64,000 nucleotides of DNA, from positions 10,376,206 to 10,440,205 of the forward strand of contig NC_057719.1 in assembly GCF_004010195.1 (NCBI RefSeq). Reading direction: 5' to 3'. The notes beneath the pieces were generated by a model. The model saw only the letters and a list, made by a program, of their open reading frames with translations, had not been told where the DNA came from and made no database searches. This DNA is from Chiloscyllium plagiosum. Its lineage: Eukaryota. Of this stretch, positions 1 through 12,778 are shown one piece after another. Position 1 is the first letter of the stretch. Each line of letters begins with the position of its first letter. Made by a program: the position numbers and the translations under genes.

Positions 1-130
1 TTGATGTTTCGGGCAAAAGCCCTTCATCAGCTCATTCCTGATGAAGGGCTTTTGCCTGAAACATTGATCCTCCTGCTCCTCGGATGCTGCTTGACCTGCT
101 GTGCTTTTCCAGCACCACTCTAATCTTGAC
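1..130. mobile_element. Palindromic PLE terminal-repeat remnant with two head-to-head hammerhead motifs (left part outside the window)
   Basis: CTGATGA-A-GGGCTTTTGCCT-GAAACATT at 38-65 on +, and its reverse complement at 1-30. The downstream sequence matches the PLE terminal repeat at 4948-5073. Confidence 0.8.
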
Positions 131-1174
131 AACCATTCTTCTGAAGCCTAAACATTCACCAGCAAGTTTAATTAATCCAGCAGATCTTGTGATACATGCT
201 TCCAACAAAACATAGCCAAATAAATTATATTTGGTTCATTTTGTTCTGGCCTCTGCTTATTTTTCAGACACAATAACATCAGCAAGTTACTTATCTAGTT
301 CCATTATCCAGTAACGTAACAGTGAACTGTGATTCTATTGTTTTCTCGGTGTAATCAGAGATGGAATGGAGTGCAGAAATAATGCCTTATCCTTATGAAA
401 ATGGAAACACTGCATGAGAAAGCCAATGCATTTTTAGCTGTACCTTCCAACGAGATGAACTTCACAGAATCAGAATCTTCACAGTGCAGGAGGCCATTCA
501 GCCCAACGTAGTGCTATCCTTATGTTCTTTCCTGTAAGCCTGCATAGTGCTTAAATTCAAATGTTCATCTAGTGCCCTCTTTAATGTCTTGATTAACCCT
601 TCCTGCTCCCAATCTTCCTGGCAATGCATTCCAGATCCAAACCACTTACTGTGTCAAAATGTTTATTCCCACATCATACTCACTTCCTTTGTAAACCATC
701 TTAAACAAGACTGATGAGTGATGGGTATAGATGGCCATGTGGAGGACTGAAAGATTATGGTCACTATAATTCCCATGCTCATTCCCTTCAGTATTATTGG
801 ATGCATCTCCAAAGTTTCAAAGACTCCAAATGAAATGACTCTGAGGCAGTCTTAAGCAGATCCTAGATGACAGGTGAAGTCACAATCCGAGTGAGGATGC
901 TCATTTGCATTAAATAGCCACTCTCCCTTAAAATAAAATGCAAGTGGTGGTGACTTTAACTTTGCCTCAGATGTGTCATCATAAAAGACAAATATAGACT
1001 CCCTGCCAACAGTTATGTGGTGAACATTGACTATACCAGATGGTGAGCTGCCTTCCTGAGCCACTGCAGTCCTTGGAATGAATCATCCACAGTCGTGCTA
1101 GGAAAGAACTGAGCAACAATGAAGGTAAATTAATACAGTTACAAGTCAGGATTGTGCGTAGCTTGGATGGAAAC

Positions 1175-1810
1175 ATAGAAATATAGAAAATATGTACAGG
1201 AGCAGGCCATTCAGCCCTCCAAGCTTACACCACCATTCAATATGATTGTGGCTGGTCATCCATTTTCAGTACCTCACTTCAGCTTTCTCTCTGTACCCCT
1301 TGATTCCTTTAGCTGCAGGAGCCACGTCCAGCTCCCTCTTGAATATATCTAACGAGCTGGCCCCAACAGCTTTCTGTGGTAGAGAAGGGGTGGCACGGTG
1401 GCTCAGTGGTTAGCACTGCAGCCTCGCAGTGCCAGGGACCCAGGTCTGATCCCAGCCTGGGGTGTCAGTCTGTGTGGAGTTTGCACATTCTCCGTGTCTG
1501 CGTGGGTTTCCTCCGGGTGTACCGGTTTCCACCCACAATCCAAAGATGTGCAGGCCAGGGTGAATTGGCTTTGCTAAACTGTCCGTAATGTTCAGGGATG
1601 CGTAGGTTAGTCAGTAGGATAATAGGGGAAGGGAATGGGTTCGGGTGGGTGACTCTTCAGAGGGGTCAGTGTGGATTTGTTGGATTGAAGGGCCTGTTTC
1701 CACACTGTAGGGATTCTATATATCTAGAATTCCACAGGTTCACAACTCGGAGTGAAAAAAATTCTTCCTCAGCTCAGTCCTGAATGGCTTACGCCTTATT
1801 CTTAGACAGT
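1175..1810 (-). mobile_element. CR1-type LINE 3' fragment interrupted by a SINE
   Basis: Resembles the other CR1 3'-end fragments in the window (GGCCATTCAGCCC..., GAATTCCACAGGTTCACAAC). The SINE splits it at ~1386/1725. Confidence 0.6.
1387..1724 (+). mobile_element. HE1-type tRNA-derived V-SINE
   Basis: tRNA head GGCACGGTGGCTCAGTGGTTAGCACTG, central TGTGGAGTTTGCACATTCTC domain, and a CR1-like 3' end GAAGGGCCTGTTTCCACACTG. Confidence 0.9.
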
Positions 1811-3093
1811 GAACTTTCATGTGATGGTGTTCCCAAGTATCTACTGCCCTTGTCCTACTTGGTGGCAGTGATCCTGAGTTTGGAAGGTGCTGGTTAAGAG
1901 GACTGTGTGAGATGCCAAAGGGCATTCTTATGTTCTGTCATGCTGGTGTGGGAAAAAGGAATGTTGCATACTTTCAGGTTTTTATTTGATTTATTCTCTG
2001 AATGAATATCATAAACAGGCACAGAACATAATAAAATAAATATTATATAAATGTAAAATATTGGAGGGCATAAATCACACCTTATCTTCCAGTGCTAACT
2101 CTTTTGGGACAGCTCAATATAAAACAAAAAGAATTACCAATCATTTGAAAATGCCATACCACAGATCAGCAAAACGGTCAATAAATTATTTGTGCTTAAT
2201 ATAGACATTACTAATCCCAAGTACTAAATTTTCAAATACAATCTGATAAGCTTCTCTATAGAGCATGCACCCAGATCCCTTTGGCCATCCATTTATATTC
2301 ACCAAGATGTATCGGGATACAAGAAGTGGTATGCTGTACCTTCTTTTAGTAAAAGCAGGAAAGAATCTTTCTGTTCAAGGAGTTCTGGTTTTTCCTGAAG
2401 TTTGGTTTAATGCCACTGAAAGCCACTGGAATGTCACTTATGTCTTCTTGATCTGCTCACAGTTAACCTTCCGGGGATGATTTCAGAAAATTAACAATTC
2501 TCTGTATTTGCAGGATGATAATATGGTTTAAGTTGACACAATGGACTGACGTACCTCCACGGATCCCAAGTTGCTCTATCCTCATGGACTCGGCTTCATG
2601 GGATCTGGAAATTGAGGCTGCACTCCTGGACTCAACACGTTTTGTGTTTTTTCTTAATTCATTCACTGGTTTGGCCAGCATTTACTGCCCATCCCTAACT
2701 TCTCTGGAGAACTCGTGCCGAGCTGCATTTTTGAACTGCAGCAGCCCATTTGCATTTACGGGCCACGCTATGAAGGAGGGAATGCCAGGATTTTGACCCA
2801 GTGACATCAAAGGAACAGCTATGTATTTCCAGGTCAGAATGGAGAGTGGCTTGGAGGGGAATGTGCAGCTGGTGGTGCTCCCATATATCAGCTGCCCCGT
2901 CCTTCAAAATGGAAGTGCTCATAGATTTGGAAGTCAGTGTCGAAGGAGCTTGGGAGAATTTCCTACACTGAGTCTGCAGCATCTCTGCCTTTGTATTATC
3001 CAAGAGTGAATATTCACAGGAGTTCCATCACGACTCTTTTATTTGCAGTCTCTAATACAGAATACGAATTTCAGCTACCCAGTACAGTTCTTC

Positions 3094-3565
3094 GAGTCAT
3101 AGAGATGTACAGCATGGAAACATACCTTTCGGTCTAACTTGTCCATGCCGACCAGACATCCCAACCCAATCTAGTCCCACCTGCCAGCACCCGGCCCATA
3201 TCCCTCCAAACCCTTCCTATTCATATCCCCATCCAGGTGCCTTTTAAATGTTGTAAATATACCAGCCTCCACCACTTCCTCTGACAGCTCATTCCATACA
3301 CTTACCACCCTCTGCGTGAAAAAGTTGCGTCTTGTCTCTTTTATATCTTTCCCTTCTCACCCTAAACCTATGCCCTCTATTTCTGGACTCCCCCATCGCA
3401 GGGAAAAGACTTTGTCTATTTACCCTATCCATGCCCCTCATCATTTTGTAAACCTCTACAAAGTCACCCCTCAGCCTCCGATGCTCCAGGGAAAACAGCC
3501 CTAGCCTATTCAACCTCTCCCTATAGCTCAAATCCTCCAATCCTGGCAACATCCTTGTAAATCTC
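3094..3565 (-). mobile_element. CR1/HER1-type LINE 3' end (ORF2 C-terminus plus 3'UTR), degenerate
   Basis: Minus ORF LPGLEDLSYRERLNRLGLFSLEHRRLRGD...VYK is the classic CR1 ORF2 C-terminus. The 3' tail reads GCTGTACATCTCTATGACTC. Confidence 0.9.
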
Positions 3566-3786
3566 TATTTCACTCTTTGCAAAATTTGGACAGCATGTGA
3601 CTTAATTTCAGAGCCATATCATTGCATATGCACCAATAACGTATGTACTCTTATTATATTGCAAAATATGTTTTTGAAAGATTTTTAAAAATCTATAGAT
3701 AGTTGAAGTAATGCAAACCTGTGGCCTCATTATATACAGATTGACAAATTGACTCATTGTCATCAGCTTGAAACTTAACTAAGGCC

Positions 3787-3855
3787 AAAGTTCAAAAATC
3801 ACACAACACCAGGTTATATCCAATAGGTTTATTTGAAACTGCAAGTTTTTGGAGC
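3787..3855 (-). mobile_element. Fragment of the PLE terminal-repeat family seen at 58166-58403
   Basis: AAAAATCACACAACACCAGGTTATA.CCAATAGGTTT matches the 58166-58230 arm. AAGGCCAAAG occurs on both sides. Confidence 0.6.
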
Positions 3856-4534
3856 CCCCACACCCCCACATGAAGGCCAAAGGTAGAATTCTTCACAGAA
3901 GTTCAATTTCTCAACCTACATGTGTGCATGTGCAAAAATCAATCTATGCAAGGTAGATTTTAAAGCAGTAATAATTCTGGGTGGAATAGGATTTCAACAG
4001 ATCCTGGATAATGTCTATCTAGACATTAAATCTTTCTATTTGTAACGATAAACCTTTTGGAGAGGTGGAATTTCCACACCTCACCATTTGACAATTCTAC
4101 TAAGCCACTTCACAGTGCAGTTAAGTGATATTTTAAAATCCCGTTGCATTTTTGAATATAGTGAGATTCAGCTGAAAAGAGCACGTCCTGGTAATTGTTC
4201 CAGAAGCTGTGAATAATTCATTTGAGGCTTTTGAAAACTTACTGACAATCAAAGAAATGCTGCAAGAATTTTCTCCAAATGCAAAGCAGGAAGCACAACA
4301 CCAAAAGGCAAATTTCAAAACTCACACTATTTATTAAACCATTAGGAAGCACCTGTACCAAATGTAGTGTTTGATGAGAAATATAAACTGGGGAAGAAAA
4401 ACAAATGCGTTTTATTCTCAAAATGCTGAAGGTCAATTAGCACCTTAACAAGTCCCATTCATTCATTGTGTGCTGCTGTGATATTATACAATTGACTTCT
4501 AAATCCACTCCTTAATCTCTTGAACAAAACATGT

Positions 4535-5073
4535 CATCCGCACCGACCAACCCCACCGCCCCGTGGCTGAACACTTTAACTCCCCCTCCCATGCTGTCAA
4601 GTACATGCTGGTCCTGGGCCTCCTCCAGCGCCAAACCCTAACTATCCAACGCCTGGAGGAAGAACGCGTCATCTTCCAACTTGGGACCCTGCAACTACAC
4701 GGGATTAATGTGGATTTCACCAGTTTCCTAATTTCCCCTCCACCCACCTTATCCCAGTTCCAGGTCTCCAACTCGGCACCGCCCTCTTGACCTCTCCATC
4801 GTCCTTCCCACCTATTTACTCCACCCTCCTCTCTGACCTATCACTTTCCCCCCCACCTTCATCCACCTATCACCGTCCCAGCTACCTTCCCCCTAGCCCC
4901 ACCCCCTCCCATTTATCTTTTAACCCCCTGGCCTACATGCCTCATTCCTGATGAAGGGCTTAAGGCCAAAACGTTGATTTTTCCTGCTCCTCGGATGCTG
5001 CCTGAGCTGCAGTGCTTTTCCAGCAACACACTCTCGACTCTGATCTCCAGCATCTGCAGTCCTCACTTTCTCC
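4535..5073 (+). mobile_element. PLE 3' end: GIY-YIG endonuclease C-terminus, pyrimidine-rich UTR and terminal repeat with hammerhead motif
   Basis: Translation VAEHFNSPSH...VLGLLQ...RLEEERVIFQLGTLQLHGINVDF is typical of PLE GIY-YIG C-termini. CTGATGAAGGGCTTAAGGCCAAAACGTT at 4948-4975 is a degenerate hammerhead core. Confidence 0.85.
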
Positions 5074-5096
5074 CATGCTTCCCAGAATGGGAGGTA

Positions 5097-5258
5097 ATTA
5101 CAGCAGATGCTGGAATCTGTATTGAAACAACAAATGCTGGAGATCACAGCAGGCCAGGCAGCATCCATGAAGAGAGAGCAAGCTAATGTTTCCGGTCTAG
5201 ACTAGCTTTCTCTCCATGGATGTTGCCTGGCCTGCTGTGATTTCCAGCACTTTTTGTT
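5097..5258. mobile_element. Palindromic PLE terminal-repeat remnant (centre deleted)
   Basis: Inverted arms TGCTGGAGATCACAGCAGGCCAGGCAGCATCCATG / CATGGATGTTGCCTGGCCTGCTGTGATTTCCAGCA. Confidence 0.75.
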
Positions 5259-5982
5259 ATCATGCTTTATAGATCTTGTCCTGCAGCATGAGGCCATTTG
5301 GTCCTTCAATGTGTACACCTGCTCTTTGAAAGAACCACTCAAAAAGTCCCAGTCCCCCTTTTCCTTCTCCATACTCCCCCTGGGATGAATGGCCTCCTTC
5401 CACACTCTAGGCATTCTGTGATTCTCTGGTCCATATTTCCTTGCCCCAATTGAGGCCCTCAAGTAGGTAATTTGTGACCATAATGGTGATTTCTTGCACA
5501 GCCTGAATTCCAAGGTTAGTGGTAGGACCTCTGAGGCACATGTTGGTGGAGGAGGCTGAAAAGTGACCCCACTCAGGCCTAAGATGGGAAGGATGGTGGC
5601 CTTGATCAATAGTCTCCTTTCAGCAATGGGTGCTTTCTCTGTCCCACATACAAGGGGTCTCCCATCAATCTGCACATAACATTACCTTCCCCTCAGCTCA
5701 TCTCCTTACCCAAGATCCAATCACTTGGGTCCAGGGCTCCCAGGCCTTCGGTTCCAGGGAAAACTTGCAACCTCTGACACTGCTGGGCTTAGAGAACTGA
5801 AGTGAGACATCCGCCTGATTATTGGCAGGGTGGGGAGGGGGGGGGGGGGGGGTGGATTTGCTGAAATCCCAGTCTCATGCGATGAACACGCTTTGGAGTG
5901 TTAAATGGCTGCATTACATCTTGAGGGTGGTGAGAAGGGAAACTCCATCTCTTAAAAATCCCTGACCAGGACACCCAGAACA

Positions 5983-6925
5983 GTAAGTGGTAGGACTCTT
6001 AGAAGCATTAAGATGCAGAGGGATCTAAGTGTATGGGTCCACAGTTCCCTGAAAGTAACAATGAAAGTGTGTTAAGGTGGTGTATGGTACACTTGCCTTC
6101 ATTGGTCGGGGCGTGGAGTGTAAAAATTGGCAAGTCATGTTGCAGCTGAATCGAACTTTAGTTAGGCCACATTTGGAGCATTGTGTACATTGTACAGTTC
6201 TGGTCACCACATTACCAGAAGGTTGTGATGCTGGAAAAGCACAGCAAGTCAGGCAGCATCCAAGGAGTAGGAGAATCGACGTTTCGTGCATAAGCCCTTC
6301 ATCAGGAATGGCTGATGAAGGGCTTTTGCCCGAAACATCGATTCTCCTGCTCCTCGAATGCTGCCTGACCCTACTGTGCCTTTCCAACTCTCGACTCTGG
6401 ATCTCCAGCATTTGCTAACCTCACTTTTAACCAAAAGGATGTATAGACTTTGGAAAGTAAGGTTTACCATGATGTTGCCTGGTTTGGAAGATATTAGCTA
6501 TTAGGAGAGATTGGCCAAATGTAGTTTGTTTGCACATGGAGACTAAGGGGTGACCTGATAGAAGTTTACAAAATTATGAGAGGCATGGATAGAATGGATA
6601 ATCCAAGTCTTTTTTTCCCAGGCTAGAAATGTCAATGACTGGGGGACATAGATTTAAGGTATAGAGACAAAGTTTAAAGGAGATGTGAGAGGCAGGTGTT
6701 TTACACAGAGTGTAAGTGCCTGGAAAATGCATTGCCAGAGGAGACATTAGAAGTAGATATGGTAACAAAGTTTCAGTGGCACCTCGACAGATACATGAAT
6801 AGGCAGTGAACAGAGGAAGATCAACCGTATATTGCCGAAAGGCTTTTAGTTTACAAAGACATCATGTGTCAGCATAGGTTTGATGGGCCGAAGGGCCTGT
6901 TCCTGCGCTGTACTGTTCTTTGTGC
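5983..6925 (+). mobile_element. CR1-type LINE ORF2 3' fragment interrupted by a PLE palindrome
   Basis: Translation YGTLAFIGRGVECKNWQVMLQLNRTLVRPHLEHCV is CR1 ORF2. It continues after 6430 to the GGGCCGAAGGGCCTGT tail. Confidence 0.85.
6227..6429. mobile_element. Palindromic PLE-derived insertion with two inverted hammerhead motifs
   Basis: Hammerhead motif on - at 6276-6307 and on + at 6312-6339 (CTGATGA-A-GGGCTTTTGCCC-GAAAC-ATC). Near-TSD ACCAGAAGGTTGT (6214-6226) / ACCAAAAGGATGT (6430-6442). Confidence 0.85.
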
Positions 6926-8487
6926 TGTATTCTCATTGAACACATTCCTTCAATTGGAACCGAATTGGTGTGCTTCCTTATTGTTCTGATTTCAGGACGA
7001 TTATTCTCAGGATAGAGGGTCCTGACAATTTTAGACAATTTATGAATAACCCAATGCTGTATAATAATTAATAACCGTTCGTGGAAACTAAATGCTCAGT
7101 CTGCCTCACTGACCTTCATCCATTTCATGACATTACATTCATCTACATTTTTTTTGTATGGCACAGCATGCTTAATTTTCACCACAAAAACTGATGAAAG
7201 GTATTCAAATCAATCTGAAACTGAAAAGTTCACATCCAATTTAAATGTCAAAATTCACATTGATGAAAAAATGTCAATGATCAAAGGTTTAGCAAACAAC
7301 TCAACTGCTCAATCATTCTCCCTTGTTAATACAACTGGAGAAAAGCTCAACTAATCCTCCAACTACCTTAATATGAAACATTAGATGTGGCTGAAATAAG
7401 GACGACCACAGCTATTAAATGTACATACTTTCCACTCAGATACCAGTGGACTGATTTCTTCACGTTGTCAGCTCAGTTAACCAGTAGTGCCTGCAACTGT
7501 ACTCTACCCAAATCAATGAGCCCCTCTCCTTGAGGTGATCTCTTTTGGATCAGCTTTAATTGCATGTTACGACGCTCTGCACAAAAGCCAAAATTGCAAA
7601 CCACTCATGGGGGAGGTCTCTTCAATTTTTCACGCGTACAATGCAAACACAAAGCTCCTGAAATTTTATTCGGCACAGGGAGGTGAGTTATGGCTCATCA
7701 GAGCCTGGTTACAGCTTACAGGCACTAACGCTCAAGTCAATTCCCTGACTTAAATACTGAGCGTATTCAAACAGATTTTATGATGCACCATCATTTGACT
7801 ACTTTGAGATTGTCCACTTTCACCATTTTTCAACATGGCTAGCATCGAAACCACATCCTGATTTCTGCCAAGCTGCTTACTGATAAAATGGACAAAATCT
7901 CAAAACCAAACAGTGTAAGACAGAGAAATATCAAATAGATTGTTGGAAGCTTCAATACCAAGTACTAAAAAGGCATAAAGATAAAAGGCTCTATACTATG
8001 CAGTGCCATGGGGAGAAAAGGTTTTTAAAAAAACATTTATTCAATTTTCTCCTCTACTGAAGTATGCTTGTATACATGTCAGGCACCCCCTCGTACTTTG
8101 CCCAAGGATCATTTTTCATACGAGAGGCAGGATCATGAACATTGACAGACTGACTGATCATAGAAATCACATTCAGCGGGAACTACTGGGTAGAGAATTA
8201 GTCACAAAGCCTCCAGTCGGTTCACTACCCTTTCTTCCTGCAGAACTACAGAAGCTAACTGCAGTATAAAAAGGAAGCTATTTGACCCTCTGAGACTAGT
8301 GTGACTCTTTCGGGAAGCAATCCAACTTTGTACTGCTCAGCTCTATTCCCACATCCAATTTTTCTTTCCGCTCTCAAGTACTTACTCAATAAGCATTTGA
8401 AGGCTACAGCTGAGTCTGTTTCCCCAACCCTACGAGAGTGCGCATTCCAAATCCTAACTAATCACTGTGTAAAAAAGTCATTTCATT

Positions 8488-9101
8488 GAGAATAAGAGGT
8501 AACCTTATTAAAGCATACAAGATTCTTAAAGCATTTGACAGAGTAGATGCAGAAAGGTTGTTTCCCCTTGTGGGAGAAGCTACACTGTAATAACTTCACA
8601 GAGGCCGGTATCCTCTCACCAAATCACCTTTTGTTTACAAAGTACCCAAGTGCAAAGTGCTCAGCACTGGTCCAACTTCCTCAGAGCCAGCTCTCAGTGA
8701 AAAGAATCCCTGACCCTCCTGTTTATATCTGTCAACCAGGGCTCCCTGATTGGGGGTGTCAACCTGGTCCAATCAGGGAACTCATATTCTATGAGGTCCA
8801 CCTGACTGACGTTGTTACAATCACTACAAAGGCGTAATCTCAAAATAAGGATTTGCCCTTTTAAGACAGCAACAAGGTAAAATTTCTATCCACAGACGAG
8901 TGAATCAGTGGAATTCTTTACTGCAAAGAGCTTTGGAGGGTGGGTTGGAGCTAAGATAGGTTTTTAATCAGTCAGGTTTTGGGGGAAAGGCAGGACAGTG
9001 GAATTGAGGATTATCAAATCAACCATGAATTCACTGAATAATAGGTTAGACTTGTTGGGCTAAATGGCCTGCTTTGGTTCCTAGGTCTTATGGTTTTATG
9101 G
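8488..9101 (+). mobile_element. CR1-type LINE 3' fragment
   Basis: AGAATAAGAGG..ACCTTATT..ACATACAAGATTCTT, ending in GGGCTAAATGGCCTGC...TCTTATGG. A ~240-bp insert interrupts it. Confidence 0.7.
8586..8828. mobile_element. Probable short solo LTR inserted in the CR1 fragment
   Basis: Begins TGTAAT, ends ACTACA (TG...CA with short terminal inverted repeat) and interrupts otherwise continuous CR1 sequence. No clear TSD. Confidence 0.5.
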
Positions 9102-10011
9102 TCAATCAGCTTAACTCAGTGCCTGGTGATTATTGCCTCCAGCAGCTACTGGAATAAATTTTCTCTTTATTCTTCTAAACCTTGTATGGTTTAAAAAAAA
9201 ACCTTCTTGATCTATGTAGCTCATTTCCAGATCCATGTAGGAAAGCAGCATACCTTGCTTTAGGAGATTACATGCCTGTCAGCACTCAGCTGCCAAACTT
9301 ATTCTCCAGTAATGATTTTTTTAAGATAGCAAGGAATGGGGGAATAGGGGTGTAAAATACATAACAACCAAAAGACATGAACGGTATTTAAGTAACTATG
9401 ATGTTTACTGCAGTTCAGACTACAGTACAACTCATAAAATAATAAAATGGAGCTATTACATTTTACAGGGAAATAACTAGAGTATGCAGCAAGAGAACGG
9501 AGCTAAACAATGCAGCAATTATCCTGCTGACAAATGGAACCTTTTCAACTCAATCTGCATTTGGTGTGAAAATAACTCAAGAGATAAATTCTACATTCAA
9601 CAGTTTGCCACTGACGAACTGAAATAGTTAAAGAATTGAGCAGAAGAAAAATAATAGGGGAGAAGAGTCACTTGCATTCAAAGCAAAACGAAAAAGGTGA
9701 ATTCATCGCAGTCCTACCAGGCCATGAGAAATAGGAACAAAAGGCCATTCAGCCCCTCGAACCTGCTCTGATATTCAATAGGATCATGCTGACGTGAAAT
9801 TCTTCACGGCCACTTTGCTGCCCATTCCCCATCACCATTGATTCCCCGACTGATCAAGACCCATCAACTTCAAGGACTCTGTCCCCACAACTCTCTGTGG
9901 CAAACAGTTCCAAAGTTTCATAATTCTCTAGAAAAGAAACTCCCCCCTCATCTCAGTCTTAATTTGGCACTCCTTTGTTCTGAGACTATGCCCTCTCATC
10001 CTAGACTCTTT

Positions 10012-10938
10012 TGTGATGATGCTAAAGCTTTAAGAGGTGTATTTTGTCCTTGTTTTTTGTGAAGAATGGTTAAGACAGAGATACCGAGTAGTACATTCAA
10101 TAGAGTGAACAGCTTGTGAGGCCTTGAGGTTTCTTTTCAAAAGTTGGAACAATAGAAGCAGCCTGAATGGGTGAGGTCAGGCTCCTACAGAATCAGGATT
10201 TCTACTTTTAGCTTTCTGCAGTTGCTTGGATCTAGATGTAAGCATTCTTATTCCCCTCTCAGTTACAGTTAAAAGCTGGGGTTCGCTTCCTGCTGCTAGA
10301 ATTGCTTGCGAGTCAATTTTACTGAAATTGCCTTTGCCCAGGGTGTGTTTATGGGATAATACTACGTTGTAACAGTTAATTAGTAGTAATCAATATATCT
10401 ATTATTTTGTTAAGCAGTTCGATAGAGTTATAGTTACGCCAATTAGAGTCATAGAGATGTACAGCATAGAAATAGACGCTTGGGTCCAACCCGTCCATGC
10501 CGACCAGATATCCCAACCCAATCTAGTCCCACCTGCCAGCACCCAACCCATATCCCTCCAAACCCTTCCTATTCATATACCCATCCAAATGCCTTTTAAA
10601 TGTTGCAAGTGTACCAGGCTCCACCACTTCCTCTGGCAGCTCATTCCATACATGTACCATCCTCTGTGTGAAAAAGTTGCCCCTTGGGTCTCTTTTTTCT
10701 CTTTCCCCTCTCACTCTAAACCTAAGCCCTCTCGTTCTTTCTTTTCTTTTATCATTATTTTGACTGTATTTTAACTGTAGTTTAAAAATAAAGTGTGTTT
10801 TGCTTAAAGTTGAGTAGTTTGACCAATCAAATTGTATCTGGAACGCAATGTCTTACAGTCAACTTTAAAATAAGAAAACGTTAGGGTCTAGGCTATCTTC
10901 TTAACATATTATGAGGGCATTTAGTCTGGTCCCTAACA
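10012..10938 (+). mobile_element. Solo LTR (probably Gypsy-type) interrupted by a CR1 3' fragment
   Basis: TGTGA...TAACA termini, AATAAA near 10787, 4-bp flanks CTTT/CTGT, and a homologous copy in opposite orientation at 18738-19378. Confidence 0.7.
10444..10731 (-). mobile_element. CR1/HER1-type LINE 3' end
   Basis: Minus translation RGNFFTQRMVHVWNELPEEVVE.GTLATFKRHLDGYM; same tail as 3094-3565. Confidence 0.9.
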
Positions 10939-10954
10939 CTGTGACGATTGGTCT

Positions 10955-11134
10955 GATCTCTTCTTCAAGAGAGATGAGTAATGATGATGGTTTAACCAGA
11001 GGGTCACCACACCTCAGGGGTGGGGAGAAATTGAGGAAAAGAGTCCTTCATGGTAACCTCAGCCAGTGCAGGAATTAAACCCATGCTGTTGGCATCACTG
11101 ACCAGGCATCTAGTTAATTGAGCTAACTGACCAA
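10955..11134 (-). mobile_element. Short tRNA-derived SINE (second family)
   Basis: The minus strand has a tRNA-like head (GTTAGCTCAATT...GGGTTTAATTCCTGCACTGGCTGAGG). A second copy lies on + at ~52655-52790. Confidence 0.55.
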
Positions 11135-11749
11135 GCGCACAATGGGTCAACAGAACTGGTGTCCTTCCCTGCCAGTTTTAGCAAAGGCATATCCTACATC
11201 AGGTTGAATTTTCTTTCGATCACCCAAGATCTGGTACAACTAGGTGGAAGTCACACAATGCAAACATCTCTCATCCCTACCAGACTTTTGCATCTGCCCA
11301 GAAACCAGTGTGGACTCCATAGACTTATACTGAAAAGCAACAGTATGGCAACTTGCAGAGCCTCTTGAACATGGTATCACAGGCTGTATGGCAACCATGA
11401 GGTGGTCAAAACCCCCCCTGCCACTGCCCCCCAACATCACCAACCTGCAATTTTCAATTCCCAGCTCCCAAAATATGCAAGTGAGAAGTTTGTGAATCGA
11501 ATTTAAGGATGAAATGGACGTTGTAATGATGATCATGGAAAACTAGAAAGTTAAAAAGCTCAATCTGTTTAATCCATTCCAGTTTTCAGCTTGACCCAGG
11601 TGAGTGAGTCCTAGAGGTGATGTATCTTGAGAGGGAACGTACATAATGTCTTTTCTTATTGCCTTACTCACATTCCATCATTTCTTGCCCGGTATTAAAT
11701 CACACTTTCTAAAGCTATCTTTGTTTCTTTTCAATAAATCTTCTGCATA

Positions 11750-11942
11750 ATTGTGGTGATGTCACTGGACCAATAGGGCATGGGTTCAAATCCCACCATG
11801 GCAGTTGGTGAAATCTGAATTCAATAAGATGCGAGCCCAGTGGGAACCATGTAACGAGTGCTGATTAGTGTCAAAACCCATCTGATTCACTGATGTCCAT
11901 TAGAGAAGGAAATCTGCATGTCTCTCTTATCTGGCCTACAGA
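11750..11942 (+). mobile_element. tRNA-derived SINE (third family)
   Basis: B-box GGGTTCAAATCCC followed by GGTGAAATCTGAATTCAAT...GATTCACTGATGTCC.TTAG.GAAGGAAATCTG. Related copies at ~23770-24350 (-), ~51660-51965 (+) and ~53455-53670 (-). Confidence 0.6.
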
Positions 11943-12265
11943 GAGATTTTTTTTTTGTTTATTAAAGAATATAGTAAATTAATCAGCAGACTCTTAAAAA
12001 CATTATTTAATCTCAGCATCAGTCATGAGATATGCCCATGGTAATGCTTTGGCATGGTAGGTGTAGGGACAAACCATAGTGGGCAGAGGTCATAACTTGG
12101 CCCTAGTTGGCTCTAAGTTGACAAAGGGGCTATAAAGATGGGGTCAAGAGCATAGGTCAGCAGGGTTGTTACGAAATGTGACTTCTGTCTCTTCAGAAAA
12201 GAGCTTGATAGGGGCAGTGGTACAGAGGCCTATCTGGATCAACAGAGCTCCAGCTCAATTTCAGC

Positions 12266-12778
12266 CATGATTTGATTTGATTTGATATGAGTTACTGTCA
12301 CATGTACCTAACTAGAGCAAAAGCTTTGTTTATGATCAGTAGAGGTAGGTCATAGGAAGCAAGGACATATAGAATATAGGGTGAAAAAGAACTTGGACAG
12401 AGTGAGGCACACAAGTTACAGCACACAGATTGTGCACCAGGCAAGATAAACTTAACAAGATGACCATTATTTGATGCTAAAGAGTCCATTTATCAGTCTA
12501 ATAATGGCAGGGAAGAAGCTGTTTTTGAACCTGTTGGTGCATGTATTCAAGCTTCTGTATCTTCTGGGTTGTGGGAGAGGATGTCTCGAGTGGGAGAGGT
12601 CTTTGGTGATATTAGCAGCCTTTCTGCAGCAACGACAAGTGTAAATGCAGTCCATGGATGTAAGGTTGGCTTCCACGGTGGTCTGGATACAACATTCTGT
12701 GGTTTCTTATGGACCTGAGCAGTACAGCTGCCAGACCAGGCCATTATGCACCCAGACACAATGCTTTTAATGATCTAC
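12266..12778 (-). mobile_element. Rex1/Babar-like LINE 3' end
   Basis: Minus translations CIMAWSGSCTAQ..KKPQ.VV and RRYRSLNTCTNRFKNSFFPAIIRLIN match Rex1-type C-termini. A microsatellite (ATCAA)n tail sits at ~12266-12285. Confidence 0.75.

Noticed and set aside
1387..1460. tRNA genes at SINE heads
   Set aside because: The A/B-box heads run directly into SINE bodies and tails; no stand-alone cloverleaf is supported.
2262..2328. 67-bp candidate exon (CTTCTCTATAG|AGCATG...GAAGTG|GTATGC)
   Set aside because: The splice-like flanks and open frames are expected by chance at this length, no peptide is recognisable, and no partner exons were found.
5202..5675. 157-aa minus-strand ORF
   Set aside because: No recognisable domain, no ATG at the annotated start, and it ends inside a PLE palindrome.
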